Shown one piece after another: positions 10,738 to 20,436 of a DNA stretch of 64,000 nucleotides. Source of the stretch: an uncultured Eubacteriales bacterium (GTDB lineage Bacteria > Bacillota > Clostridia > Oscillospirales > CAG-272); assembly GCA_934446065.1 (NCBI GenBank), contig CAKSDP010000002.1:17101-81100 (forward strand). Direction: 5' to 3'. Position 1 is the first letter of the stretch. Each line of letters starts with the position of its first letter. The notes beneath the pieces were generated by a model. That model was not told the DNA's origin. It was given only the letters and a program-made list of their open reading frames with translations, and did no database searches. The position numbers and the translations under genes were made by a program.

Positions 10738-12417
10738 TCACTCAGTTATTGCTTCGTCAGCCGTTTTTCCGGGCGGTATCATCGGGAGTATCCGCTCATT
10801 TCGGTCTATGACGCACTCGATCCACACCGGCACGCGGCTCTCAAGAGCTTCGCTCATTGCGGCGCAAAGCTCGCTCATGTTTGTGCAGCGGAAGCCTTTT
10901 CCGCCGAAGCCCTCGCACACGCGGACGTAATCGGTTCTGCGGTCAAGCTCGGTTGAGAAATATCTTCCGTCGCAGAAGACGCTCTGAAGCTGTCTGACCA
11001 TGCCGAGCGCGGAGTTATTGATGATGACGGTGATGACGGGAAGCCCGTACGATACTGCGGTGCACGCCTCGTTCATGTTCATGTGGAACGATCCGTCGCC
11101 GGTTATGTGAACGACAGGTCTGTCCGGAAACGCGATCTTGGCTCCGATTGCCGCGCCGTAGCCGAATCCCATAGTACCGAGACCGCCGCTCGTGAGAAAG
11201 CGCTCCGGCTTTACGTGATGCAGATACTTTGCCGCCCACATCTGATGCTGACCGACGTCGGTGGTGTATATCGCTTCTTCGCTCGCCGTCTCTGCTATCT
11301 TCTCCATGATATCGGCGGGAGAGAATCCGTTTCCGCGCCGGCGGATCTCCTCATCTGCGGATTTGAAGGTGTCGATGAGGCTGTACCAGTCGCTGTGCTC
11401 TGCTGGTTTTACCAACGGTGTGAGCAAGCTTATGACTTCTCGTGCATCGCCGACGATACCGTCTGCGACCGGAACGTTCTTGCGAAGCTCGCTCTTATCA
11501 ATGTCAATATGTATGAGTCGTGTGTCGCCGCCTCCGAACTTGCCGGGGCGGATCACGATGCGGTCGCTGAATCGCACGCCTGCCGCGATGATCAGGTCTG
11601 ACTCCTCGAGTGCTTTATCTGCGGCGAGACTTCCGTGCAGTCCTATAAGACCGATATTCTCCGGCGAATCATAGCGTATAACGCCTGTTCCCATAAGCGT
11701 GTGACATACTGGGATACCGGCTTTTCTCGAGAGATCGAGGATCGCATTACCTGCGTGCGATATCCGTGCTCCTCCGCCGAAGCAGATCAGCGGACGTTTT
11801 GCGCAGTCGATCTCGCGGGCGATAGTCTGAAGCCTTGATTTGTCGCATGACGGCGATCCGCTTTCGTTTGGTACGTCGCAGGGCTTTGTCGAAAACTCGC
11901 ACTCTGCGAGACTGACGTCCTTTGGAACATCGACGAGCACGGGACCGGGGCGTCCCTCGGATGCAATGCGGAACGCCGAACGAAGCGTATCCGCAAGCTC
12001 ACGCACGTCGCGCACGACAAAGTTGTGCTTTGTTATCGGCATGGTGATACCTGCGATATAGACCTCCTGGAAGCTGTCGCGCCCGATGAGGGTGGTTGCG
12101 ACGTTTCCCGTGATGGCGACGAGCGGTATACTGTCCATATACGCTGTCGCGATACCGGTCACAAGATTGGTCGCGCCGGGGCCACTTGTCGCGATTACGA
12201 CGCCGACCTTGCTGGTTGCGCGTGCATAGCCGTCGGCGGCGTGCGATGCGCCCTGTTCATGTGCCGTAATTATGTGGCGTATGCGATCGCTGTATTTGCG
12301 GAGCGAATCGTAAATTCCGAGCACGGCGCCGCCGGGATAGCCGAAAACCGTATCGATTCCCTCCTCGATCAGCACCTCCGATATGATATCCGAGCCGTTC
12401 AGTATCATCGAACTCAC
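10738..12417 (-). CDS. ilvB: Acetolactate synthase large subunit (biosynthetic, ThDP-dependent)
   Basis: 559 aa. GYPGGAVLGIYD, the ThDP motif GDGSFHMNMNE and GLGTMGFG. 4-nt overlap with leuA. Confidence 0.95.
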   Translation of the reverse strand: MSSMILNGSDIISEVLIEEGIDTVFGYPGGAVLGIYDSLRKYSDRIRHIITAHEQGASHAADGYARATSKVGVVIATSGPGATNLVTGIATAYMDSIPLVAITGNVATTLIGRDSFQEVYIAGITMPITKHNFVVRDVRELADTLRSAFRIASEGRPGPVLVDVPKDVSLAECEFSTKPCDVPNESGSPSCDKSRLQTIAREIDCAKRPLICFGGGARISHAGNAILDLSRKAGIPVCHTLMGTGVIRYDSPENIGLIGLHGSLAADKALEESDLIIAAGVRFSDRIVIRPGKFGGGDTRLIHIDIDKSELRKNVPVADGIVGDAREVISLLTPLVKPAEHSDWYSLIDTFKSADEEIRRRGNGFSPADIMEKIAETASEEAIYTTDVGQHQMWAAKYLHHVKPERFLTSGGLGTMGFGYGAAIGAKIAFPDRPVVHITGDGSFHMNMNEACTAVSYGLPVITVIINNSALGMVRQLQSVFCDGRYFSTELDRRTDYVRVCEGFGGKGFRCTNMSELCAAMSEALESRVPVWIECVIDRNERILPMIPPGKTADEAITE

Positions 12418-14096
12418 CCCTCCTTCTCTTTTCTGTCTTTTCCGTTAAGTCCGCGGTTCAGCGCGGAGAGCAGCGCACGTATTGACGATATGATAATATC
12501 GGTATGTGTTCCGGCGCCGAACAGGCTGCCGTATATTTCGCTTTCGATTCCTATGTATGTCACGACCCGTGCCTCGACCCCAAGCTCAAGTGCGTGCTCA
12601 AGGTGAGTGAACACGGTAAAGTCGATCCCGAGGGCGCGGCGGATACCGCCTGCGGCTGCGGCGAATCGGCTCGTGCCGTCGCCTGTGAAGGAGAACGGCT
12701 CGCCGTTGCGGGTCAGCTCGATCTTTGCTGTAACGCTGCCGGATTCGTTCCACGCGAAGCTGACGTGTTCAAGCGCCAGCGGATATGAAACGTTTACATA
12801 CTCATCCTCGAACAGCTCGTACACCTGTGCGCCGGTCAGCTCATGCATACGCTCGTCCGAGACGTGTTTTACTATGCGGCTGAACGCGAACTGCATATCG
12901 CGCGGAACGTGAAGCCCGAAGTCGTGCTCGAGAATATACCCGATCCCGCCGCGCCCGGACTGTGAGTTGATCCGGATCGCGCGAACGCCGCTCTCGCGTC
13001 CGATATCCGTAGGATCGATCGGAAGGTACGGCACGCACCATTTTTCTCCGGGTGATGCTTCGAGATGGCGCATTCCTTTGGCGATCGCATCCTGATGGGA
13101 GCCGGAGAATGCGGTGAATGTCAGCTTGCCGGTGTACGGCATCCTTTCGGGGATCTGCATCCCTGTCATTTTCTCATACACTGCCGATGTATCTGCGACA
13201 TGCGAAAGATCAAGTCCCGGGTCGATCCCGAGAGCGTACATATTCAGCGCAAGTGTTATGAGATCGGCGTTTCCGGCGCGCTCACCGTTGCCGAACAGCG
13301 TTCCCTCGACGCGCTCCGCTCCCGCGAGGAGCGCCATTTCCGTTGCCGCTACCGCGCAGCCTCTGTCATTATGAGCGTGGACGGAGAGGACGACGTCATC
13401 CCTGTCGGGGAGATTTTTCGAGAGGTAGTTGACCTGCGACGCGAATATGTGAGGCATTGAATACTCGACCGTTACGGGGAGATTTATTATATTACGACGT
13501 GATTTGAGCGCTCGCCATTCGTCAAGTGCGGCGGAACACACCCTCAGCGCAAAATCCGGTTCGGTTTCGGGAAAGCATTCCGGTGAGAACTCAAACCGGA
13601 CATTCGGATCATCCTTGAAGATATTTGCGATAAGGGCTGCGCCCTCTCGCACCATTGCGACTGTCTCATCACGGCTCTTTCCGAACACGTATTTGCGGAA
13701 CACCGGAGACGAGGCGCTGTACATATGGACTATCGCCCGCGCTCCCGCGATGGCTTCGGCTGTGCGCCTGATTATGCTCTCGCGAGCCTGTGTGAGCACC
13801 TGTATCGTTACGTCGTCGGGAATGCGCTTTTCATCTATAAGTGCGCGTACAAACCTGAATTCGGTGTCCGACGCTGCCGGAAAGCCTACCTCGATCTCTT
13901 TGAATCCCATTTTTATGAGCATATCGAAAAACGAAAGCTTTTCCATTATGCTCATTGGATTTGCGAGCGCTTGATTTCCGTCGCGCAGATCTACCGAGCA
14001 CCACACCGGACAGGCGTCCGGACATTCCTTCGTGATCCACGAAAAGTCTGGCGCGGGCGGCAGTCTGTACTGTTTTCTGTATTTTTCCGGATTCAT
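12414..14096 (-). CDS. leuA: 2-isopropylmalate synthase (long LeuA form)
   Basis: 560 aa. VDLRDGNQAL and SVHAHNDRGCAVA HMGL-like motifs. First gene of the leu/ilv operon, directly after the T-box leader. Confidence 0.93.
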   Translation of the reverse strand: MNPEKYRKQYRLPPAPDFSWITKECPDACPVWCSVDLRDGNQALANPMSIMEKLSFFDMLIKMGFKEIEVGFPAASDTEFRFVRALIDEKRIPDDVTIQVLTQARESIIRRTAEAIAGARAIVHMYSASSPVFRKYVFGKSRDETVAMVREGAALIANIFKDDPNVRFEFSPECFPETEPDFALRVCSAALDEWRALKSRRNIINLPVTVEYSMPHIFASQVNYLSKNLPDRDDVVLSVHAHNDRGCAVAATEMALLAGAERVEGTLFGNGERAGNADLITLALNMYALGIDPGLDLSHVADTSAVYEKMTGMQIPERMPYTGKLTFTAFSGSHQDAIAKGMRHLEASPGEKWCVPYLPIDPTDIGRESGVRAIRINSQSGRGGIGYILEHDFGLHVPRDMQFAFSRIVKHVSDERMHELTGAQVYELFEDEYVNVSYPLALEHVSFAWNESGSVTAKIELTRNGEPFSFTGDGTSRFAAAAGGIRRALGIDFTVFTHLEHALELGVEARVVTYIGIESEIYGSLFGAGTHTDIIISSIRALLSALNRGLNGKDRKEKEG

Positions 14097-14386
14097 GCGT
14101 ATTCCTCCTCTCGGGCGGATATAAACAAAAAAGTCCTCGTCTCATGTAAAGAGACGAAGACTTATAAATCTCCGCGGTACCACTCTTGTTGAACATAGTC
14201 CACTCAATCGGCACAAATAATGCCGTCTTCCTGTAACGGTGAAGCTCCGTTCTTCCTACGTGCAAAGCATTTCAGTCGACCGCTCAGGGGAGACACGACC
14301 CGGCACCGCTGCTGCCTCACACCAAACGGCAACTCTCTTAAAACGGTAACTCCGAACCTTAACCCTGTCACAGCGTTTTGTTCTAT
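14097..14386 (-). promoter_or_regulatory. T-box riboswitch leader of the leuA-ilvBNCD operon, including its terminator at 14125-14162
   Basis: The minus strand carries the conserved T-box sequence AGAGUGGUACCGCGGA (plus 14171-14186). Stem I elements are present: a GUGA K-turn half, an AGAGAG box, and a GGUGUGAG distal loop followed by CCGGG. The terminator is GUCUUCGUCUC-uuuacau-GAGACGAGGAC followed by UUUUUUG. The candidate specifier CUC (Leu) lies just 5' of CCUGAGCG, but the register is ambiguous. Confidence 0.85.
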
Positions 14387-14392
14387 GCAACC

Positions 14393-14421
14393 ATTTTAAT
14401 ACATTTTCTGCGGCTTGTCAA
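14393..14421 (-). promoter_or_regulatory. Sigma-A-type promoter for the leuA T-box leader
   Basis: Minus strand: TTGACA (14421-14416), 17-nt spacer, TAAAAT (14398-14393). Confidence 0.6.
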
Positions 14422-14577
14422 GTGTGCAAAATAATCATAATAGACGGCGTTGATTTTGCGAAAATTGGTGATAACGCTGTTTTTCTTCCCGCGCCTGCTT
14501 AATTTTTGCCTCCGTGCGCAAATTTTCGATTTGTTGTGATAGAATTATCGCATAACGGAGATACGGAGGGATCGTAT

Positions 14578-15780
14578 ATGCTTGATAATATTGCAGAACT
14601 GAGGATGAGGCTTTGCGGCATTGTGATTTTTGAGGATGTTATGCATACTCCGGTGATGCTCTCGCTCACGGAATACCTTGCCTGCAGAAGCGCGGACGAC
14701 TTGTACGGTGCTGCATCTGCATACGCGAAGCTTGTGCGCGGACTCTGCCGCGACAATGTCACTCTTTCCGAATACATATACAGATGTGTGATAGGGTCGG
14801 ACAACATATTCATCCGCAGATATTTCGACGGCGGAGACAGCGCCGCCGAGCCGCTGTACGAACAGCTGCGTTATGAGCTATTGTTCCTCGCGGAGCTCCC
14901 GGAGATGCTCTCCGCAACTCTTGACGTGATTGACGCTGTGCCTTTCCCCGAGATATCGGGCGAGAGGATCGACCTTCTCGAAGAATACAGGAAGTTCCTG
15001 ACGTGCGCCGCACAGCGCGGCGTCGGACTTTTTGCCCGTTCCGCAATGTTTGTGTGCGATGCCGACGGAGATATCATTCCCGTGGACGAGCAGGCTCCGG
15101 TGGCGCTCTCGTCTCTTGTCGGGTATGAGCGTGAGCGCGGCAAGATCATAAAAAACACAGAGGCGCTTCTTCACGGGAAGCCCGCCTGTGATATTTTGCT
15201 TTACGGTGACGCCGGGACCGGAAAGAGCACGACTGTCAAGGCTGTTGCCTCCGAGCTTGCGTGCGACGGACTTCGCCTGATCGAGGTGCCGAAGGACAAC
15301 CTATCGCAGATCCCGAAAATTTTGCGCAGGATATCCGCCGAGCCACTGAAATTTATAATATTTATCGATGATCTGTCGTTTTCTTCCGACGACATGGGAT
15401 TCTGCACGCTCAAAACCGTTCTTGAAGGCGGAGCCGGTGTCAGCAGAAACAACAGCGTGATCTACGTCACGTCAAATCATCGCCATTTGGTAAAAGAGAC
15501 TAAGGGCGACCGCGCGGGCGAGGAGATAAACATACGCGACAATCTTCAGGGCATGATGGGACTTTCCGCGAGATTCGGACTTACCGTGACGTTCCTTGCG
15601 CCGGATCGTGCGCTGTATCTCGATATCGTGAGATCTCTGCTTGAGGAGAGCGGTATTCCCTTCACCGACGCGGAAGCAGCTGCCGCCGAGGCTTATGCGC
15701 TCCGCCAAAACGGCAGAACGCCGCGCCTTGCAAGGCAGTTCGCTTCACTCCGTGCCTCGGGCATTGATCCGATAAAATAA
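14578..15780 (+). CDS. AAA-type ATP-binding protein, DUF815 family
   Basis: The track ORF starts at 14506. The ATG at 14578 has a GGAGGG RBS. Walker A LLYGDAGTGKST, Walker B FIIFIDDLSF. The architecture matches DUF815 proteins as I remember them. Confidence 0.7.
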   Translation: MLDNIAELRMRLCGIVIFEDVMHTPVMLSLTEYLACRSADDLYGAASAYAKLVRGLCRDNVTLSEYIYRCVIGSDNIFIRRYFDGGDSAAEPLYEQLRYELLFLAELPEMLSATLDVIDAVPFPEISGERIDLLEEYRKFLTCAAQRGVGLFARSAMFVCDADGDIIPVDEQAPVALSSLVGYERERGKIIKNTEALLHGKPACDILLYGDAGTGKSTTVKAVASELACDGLRLIEVPKDNLSQIPKILRRISAEPLKFIIFIDDLSFSSDDMGFCTLKTVLEGGAGVSRNNSVIYVTSNHRHLVKETKGDRAGEEINIRDNLQGMMGLSARFGLTVTFLAPDRALYLDIVRSLLEESGIPFTDAEAAAAEAYALRQNGRTPRLARQFASLRASGIDPIK

Positions 15781-15781
15781 G

Positions 15782-16912
15782 TCAGGCATGTAGGAGCGCA
15801 TCACAAAGGTGCGTGACATCCGATTTTGTATTGAACGCGCCGAAGCTTATGCGTACTCCGCCGTCCGGCATGGTTCCGAGCAGCTTATGGGCGAGCGGTG
15901 CGCAGTGCAGTCCGGCACGTGCGCAGATCCCGCGCTCGTTCAGCGCCATGCCAAGCTCTGCGGGACTCAGCCCGCGCTTTTCGATGAGCATGACTGACGA
16001 CGGTCCGTCGTCGGTTCCGAACATTCTGAACCGCTTGTCGTCGTACAGGCGTGAGTAGAGCATATTCCAAAGCTCCTCTTCGTGTGCGGCGATCGCTTTG
16101 TAGGTGTTTCGCTTAACGAACCGCATTCCGGCGCAAAGCCCGACAGCTGCCGGCGTGGAGAGCGTTCCGGCTTCGTAGCGGTCGGGCAGGAATTCCGGCA
16201 TATACAGATCGGCTGATGAGGAGCCGCTGCCGCCCTCAATAAACGTTTGTCCGACATCGGAACGGCACAGCATAAGCCCGATCCCCTGCGGTCCGTAAAG
16301 CCCCTTGTGCCCGGGAATGCAGAGGATATCTATTCCCTCCGACTTCATGTCGATGTCCCTGTGTCCGGCGGCTTGTGCTCCGTCGGCGATGAACAGGATA
16401 CCGGCTTCTTTGCAGAGTGCTCCGATCTTCTCCGACGGAAGCGTTCGCCCGAATATATTTGACGCAAGAGTGCATACGAGCGCTCTTGTGTTTTTTGTTA
16501 TACGCGACCGTGCAGCAGCTGCGACCTCATCGGGTGCATCGCTTGTCGTGAATATGTCATACGTTATGACACCTGATTTCGCGAGCGCCGCAACGGGACG
16601 CAGAACGGCGTTGTGCTCGATATCGCTTATGAGCAGATGATCGCCGGGACGGACGAGCGATTTTATCGCGATATTCAGGGCGTAGGTGGTGTTCATCGTG
16701 ATAATGACGTTATCCGGGCTTTCCGCGCCGAAAAGGTTTGCCGCTGTTTCCCTGCATTCGTAAACCGCTTCGGCGGCTCTCAGTGCGAGCGTGTGTGACC
16801 CGCGACCCGGATTGCCGCAGTAGTTTTTGAGGCAGTCGATTGATAAGCGTATAACTGTGTCGGGCTTCGGGAAGGTTGTTGCGGCGTTGTCAAGATATAT
16901 TAGGCGATCCAT
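15782..16912 (-). CDS. Cysteine desulfurase-family aminotransferase class V (PLP-dependent)
   Basis: 376 aa. The N-terminus IYLDNAATTFPKP and the PLP-lysine region CIPGHKGLYGPQGIG are typical of NifS/CsdA-like enzymes. Confidence 0.85.
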   Translation of the reverse strand: MDRLIYLDNAATTFPKPDTVIRLSIDCLKNYCGNPGRGSHTLALRAAEAVYECRETAANLFGAESPDNVIITMNTTYALNIAIKSLVRPGDHLLISDIEHNAVLRPVAALAKSGVITYDIFTTSDAPDEVAAAARSRITKNTRALVCTLASNIFGRTLPSEKIGALCKEAGILFIADGAQAAGHRDIDMKSEGIDILCIPGHKGLYGPQGIGLMLCRSDVGQTFIEGGSGSSSADLYMPEFLPDRYEAGTLSTPAAVGLCAGMRFVKRNTYKAIAAHEEELWNMLYSRLYDDKRFRMFGTDDGPSSVMLIEKRGLSPAELGMALNERGICARAGLHCAPLAHKLLGTMPDGGVRISFGAFNTKSDVTHLCDALLHA

Positions 16913-16914
16913 GG

Positions 16915-17130
16915 CTATTCACCGAAAAATTCGCCGTAGTCAAGTCCGGCACGTGCAAGAACCGCGAGAGCGGTGCTTTTCGCGCCGCATGAATAGCTTA
17001 CCCCGTATGCGCAGCCGCGCCGTGTGATCCCCCGATCAAGGTTTACGATCTCGCAGGCGATGCCTGCTCCTCTGAGCGCCCGCCTTGCGCGCTGCGCGTC
17101 TGTCATCGATTTGAGTGCGGATACGCACAT
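16915..17130 (-). CDS. DUF3343 domain protein (putative S/Se carrier-like)
   Basis: The track ORF runs to 17175. The internal ATG at 17130 has an AAAGGA RBS. MCVSALKSMTDAQRARRALRGAGIACEIVNLDRGITRRGCAYGVSY fits the small DUF3343 fold pattern. 2 nt upstream of the desulfurase. Confidence 0.6.
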   Translation of the reverse strand: MCVSALKSMTDAQRARRALRGAGIACEIVNLDRGITRRGCAYGVSYSCGAKSTALAVLARAGLDYGEFFGE

Positions 17131-17206
17131 AACTGTATTACGTCCTTTCGTTTGAATTTGTATTACGCAATACAATTATATGCTCCGCTGAGCCATTGAG
17201 TGCAGA

Positions 17207-17245
17207 AGAAAAACAGGCACCTGAGTGTTACACAAGTGCCTGTTT
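17207..17245 (-). terminator. Rho-independent terminator after the SprT-like gene
   Basis: ACAGGCAC (17213-17220) pairs with GTGCCTGT (17236-17243), with an inner GTGT/ACAC extension. An A-run on plus at 17209-17213 gives a U-tract on the minus transcript. Confidence 0.7.
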
Positions 17246-17342
17246 TGGACAGAATAATGCAAATTACACGCACGCCGAAAATGCTGTTTGGACTTTGCGT
17301 ATTATGCGGCGGAAGGCGAATGTATGCACGTGCCTAAAAGCG

Positions 17343-17846
17343 TCAACTGATCTTTGTGACGCGGAGCTTTCCGCCGCAGCGGCACCTGTAAATTGCCGGA
17401 TTTTGCGTCACTTTTGTCGTTCTTTTACGGTATGATCTTGTACCGCATGAGGTGCATTCGATCAGATAATGATATGCGGAGTCGGATGCGGGCGGTGCTA
17501 TTCCGAATTCCTTCCACGTTGATGTGCGTTTGATGCTGTATTTGGGATACGCCGAATTCACCTGTGCGGCAAGTGATTTCCAGCGCTCGCCGTGATTTGA
17601 GCATCCTTTGACCGTGTGAAGCAATTCGTGGATCACTGTATTCATTGCCGGAATATCGGATACAGAATCATCAAGCAGGAACGCGGAAATATCGACCTCG
17701 AAAACACCCGGCGATACTGTGCGACACTGCCCGAAACGGTGCTTCGCTCTGCGGTTGATGTTCCATGATCTCGGCGCACAATATTTGATTCCGAGAGCGT
17801 CAAGCTCCGCCATGCATTTGTCTGCTAATTTCAGTAGATCTTTCAT
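17343..17846 (-). CDS. SprT-like zinc metalloprotease domain protein
   Basis: 167 aa. HELLH zinc motif (VIHELLHTV) and a C-terminal CxxC...CxC zinc-ribbon (CTSCG...CRCGG). Confidence 0.8.
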   Translation of the reverse strand: MKDLLKLADKCMAELDALGIKYCAPRSWNINRRAKHRFGQCRTVSPGVFEVDISAFLLDDSVSDIPAMNTVIHELLHTVKGCSNHGERWKSLAAQVNSAYPKYSIKRTSTWKEFGIAPPASDSAYHYLIECTSCGTRSYRKRTTKVTQNPAIYRCRCGGKLRVTKIS

Positions 17847-17950
17847 TTTATGCTGTTGTATAATAATTCTTTGTCAATCGCACTGATTTGCACGTTTTTT
17901 GCAAATGTCAATATTGTGCGAGAACAGTTGTTTTACGCGTATGCATAACA

Positions 17951-19699
17951 TCATATCGAGAGATTTTCCACAATTGCCTTATTTGGCGTGACGAATGCGG
18001 TCCAGTTCTTGCTGTATGTCACATATCCGGGCTTTGACGCCGGAGGCTTTTTCACGTATCTGACTCGGGTGTAGTCCACGGGCACTCCTGTACTGTCCGC
18101 CGCTTTTGAGTATACGGCGGCGATTACAGCCGCTTCGGTGAAATCCTTCTCCGACGGCTCGTCACCGACCGGACAGTGCATCACAACGTGCGATCCCGGC
18201 ATATTTTTGACGTGAAACCACCAATCGTCGCGCATTCCGAGCTTGAATGTAACGTATTCGTTCGCGGTGTTGTTCTTGCCGCATACGATATCGTATCCGC
18301 CTGAGGTTCTGAATTTCAGCACTGTCGGTGCGGCGTTTTTCTTTTCTTTGCCGCCGCGTGTGCGTGAACCGTAACCGGCGCGGCGAAGCTCTTCGCGTAT
18401 CTCTGCGATCTCACGCTCGCTTTCGGCGCGGCTGAGCGCGTCCTTTACCGTTTCGAGATACTCAAGCTCTGCGGCGGATGCCTCAAGCTGTTTTGTGAGT
18501 ACCCGTGCGGCTGTCTTTCCCTTTGCGTATTTTTTGTAGTAGCGCTGCGCGTTTGCTGCGGGTGTCAGCCGTGAATCAAGGTCGATATTCACCTCATCGT
18601 TTGTTCCGTCGGTGTAATTTTCGAGCGAGACCGACGTGTCTCCTCTATGCAGTCTGTAAATATTCGCCGTGAGCAGATCGCCGTAAAGCTTATATTTTGT
18701 GCTGTCGTTTGCCTCGGCAAGCTCATCCGTCTGAGCGGCTCGCTTGCGCAGAATCCTCGCTTCGGCGGACGAGAGTAGCTTCAGAATATCCGAGCCGCCG
18801 TGCCGGATACGCTCCGAACGCGACTTTTCCGAATAGAATTTGTCGACAAGCTCCCCAAACGATGCACATACCTCCGAGGTGGAATCACAGCCGTATCGGG
18901 TTTGCGGGATGAACGAGAAATCCAGCGGCACGCCCGATGTGTTTCTTGTGAGGATCGGCTCGCCGGTATAGGATCTGAGCGTATCTGCAAAATCCTCAAG
19001 CGCGCCTGCGAGCGCGTCGCGACAATCGCCTATGAGTGCGTCCGCTCTGCCGGATGCGTTGTAAACGATCTGAGCGGCGTTGCCGGAAGATATTCCGCGA
19101 ACGTGCGACATGATATATTTTGCGGCAGGCGCGTCCTTGTCCGCGCCGAATATCAGCTCACGCAGCGCTGGGCTGTCGGATTCAAGCGGATCGGTCTTAT
19201 CCTGCGGCGGAGGAAGTTCGTACTTCATGCCGGGCAAGATCTGCCGCTTGACGCTCTGAGAAAAATCGACGATGCGTGAAGCGCCGAGGATCTTCCCGTC
19301 GCCGTCCGTTAAGATTATGTTTGAATACTTCCCCATTATTTCGGCGAAGATGCAGCGCGTGGATTTGAACCCCATTTCGTCGTAGACGTCGAACGTGAGC
19401 TTTGCCGCACGCTCAAAACCGAGCGGTTCGGCCGAGATCAGGCGCGCGCCTGACAGATGCTTGCGCAGAAGCATACAGAACATCGGCGGATTTGCGGGAT
19501 TTTCGGGACGCTCCGCCGTAATGCAAATTCTCGGTGCGGAGGCGCCGGCGTTTATGAGAAGCCGTTTTACCCCGTCTTTCTTGATTTGCAGGATCACTTC
19601 GCCCGCGATCGGCTCATATATCTTTTCAACCTTGCCGTCGGCAAGAGTGGAATTTATCTCGTGAAGTAAAAACCTCATCATTCCGGCATCAAGCGCCAT
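17951..19699 (-). CDS. rqcH: NFACT-family ribosome quality-control protein RqcH (fibronectin-binding protein A-like)
   Basis: 582 aa. NFACT-N start MALDAGMMRFLLHEINSTLADGKVEKIYEP, a coiled-coil middle region, and a C-terminal NFACT-R region (WWFHVKNMPGSHVV). Confidence 0.88.
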   Translation of the reverse strand: MALDAGMMRFLLHEINSTLADGKVEKIYEPIAGEVILQIKKDGVKRLLINAGASAPRICITAERPENPANPPMFCMLLRKHLSGARLISAEPLGFERAAKLTFDVYDEMGFKSTRCIFAEIMGKYSNIILTDGDGKILGASRIVDFSQSVKRQILPGMKYELPPPQDKTDPLESDSPALRELIFGADKDAPAAKYIMSHVRGISSGNAAQIVYNASGRADALIGDCRDALAGALEDFADTLRSYTGEPILTRNTSGVPLDFSFIPQTRYGCDSTSEVCASFGELVDKFYSEKSRSERIRHGGSDILKLLSSAEARILRKRAAQTDELAEANDSTKYKLYGDLLTANIYRLHRGDTSVSLENYTDGTNDEVNIDLDSRLTPAANAQRYYKKYAKGKTAARVLTKQLEASAAELEYLETVKDALSRAESEREIAEIREELRRAGYGSRTRGGKEKKNAAPTVLKFRTSGGYDIVCGKNNTANEYVTFKLGMRDDWWFHVKNMPGSHVVMHCPVGDEPSEKDFTEAAVIAAVYSKAADSTGVPVDYTRVRYVKKPPASKPGYVTYSKNWTAFVTPNKAIVENLSI

Positions 19700-19740
19700 G
19701 GTACATTTTCCTTTCGGTGTTATTGTCGGGACTTGTTTAT

Positions 19741-20436
19741 TCAGTCCTCAAAGCAAACGATGTCGAGCCGCCGTCCGTCAAGCGTGAAGCCGAGACTTTC
19801 GGCGATCCTCCCCGATGCTGTATTGCTTTGCGCGCATTTGTAGCTGACACGCTCTCCACGGCGTATGAGTTCGAGCGAGAGCGCCGCGACGGCGGCACGG
19901 CCGAAGCCGCGTCCGCGATGATCGGGCGCTGTTTCAACGTTTATTTCTACCGCATCGGTGTCCGAGAAGTCATTTATCGACGCGGCGCTTGCGATCTCGT
20001 CTCCGCAGATCGTGACGGACAGCGGAGTGTTTTCCGATACATCGTCGGGATCGGGCTTGTGCAGGAGCCGACATTTGTATGAGCAAAGCTGGTCCGGAGA
20101 TGTAACAAGTATTGCATTTTCGGCGTTTTTCTCGATGCTCTCGGTGATGCGATCAAGCGAATATTCAAGCGTGACGCGCGATTCACGCGGATCGGGAGCG
20201 TAGCCCAGATCACCGACAACGCTCTTGACTGCGGAGATAAGGTAATCCTTTGCGCTGCCTGATAATGGATCATCCGCAAAGCGTGATTCAAATACGGTGC
20301 AGGCATCCCACACTGCTTCGTAGGCTGTGACGGTGACTGCGCCCGTGCTCGGTACGAAAACGCTCACGGGCACGATTATCGGGAGAACTCCGTTCATCGC
20401 GGCTTCTTCAAGCTCGTGATCCTCATGTATCAGCAT
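19741..20436 (-). CDS. Two-domain GNAT-family N-acetyltransferase
   Basis: The C-terminal region HRGRGFGRAAVAALSLELIRRGERVSYKCAQSNTASGRIAESLGF is a GNAT acetyl-CoA motif region. The ATG at 20436 has an AGGAG RBS 9 nt upstream. It overlaps the upstream gene by 14 nt. Confidence 0.7.
   Translation of the reverse strand: MLIHEDHELEEAAMNGVLPIIVPVSVFVPSTGAVTVTAYEAVWDACTVFESRFADDPLSGSAKDYLISAVKSVVGDLGYAPDPRESRVTLEYSLDRITESIEKNAENAILVTSPDQLCSYKCRLLHKPDPDDVSENTPLSVTICGDEIASAASINDFSDTDAVEINVETAPDHRGRGFGRAAVAALSLELIRRGERVSYKCAQSNTASGRIAESLGFTLDGRRLDIVCFED

Noticed and set aside
13831-14265. 144-aa minus-strand ORF and 155-aa plus-strand ORF (13725-14192) around the leuA start
   Set aside because: They overlap the T-box leader and terminator and the leuA N-terminus, and they have no coding signal of their own.
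17196-17435. 79-aa plus-strand ORF in the DUF3343/SprT-like spacer
   Set aside because: It runs through the terminator hairpin and into the SprT-like gene on the wrong strand, and it has no RBS.
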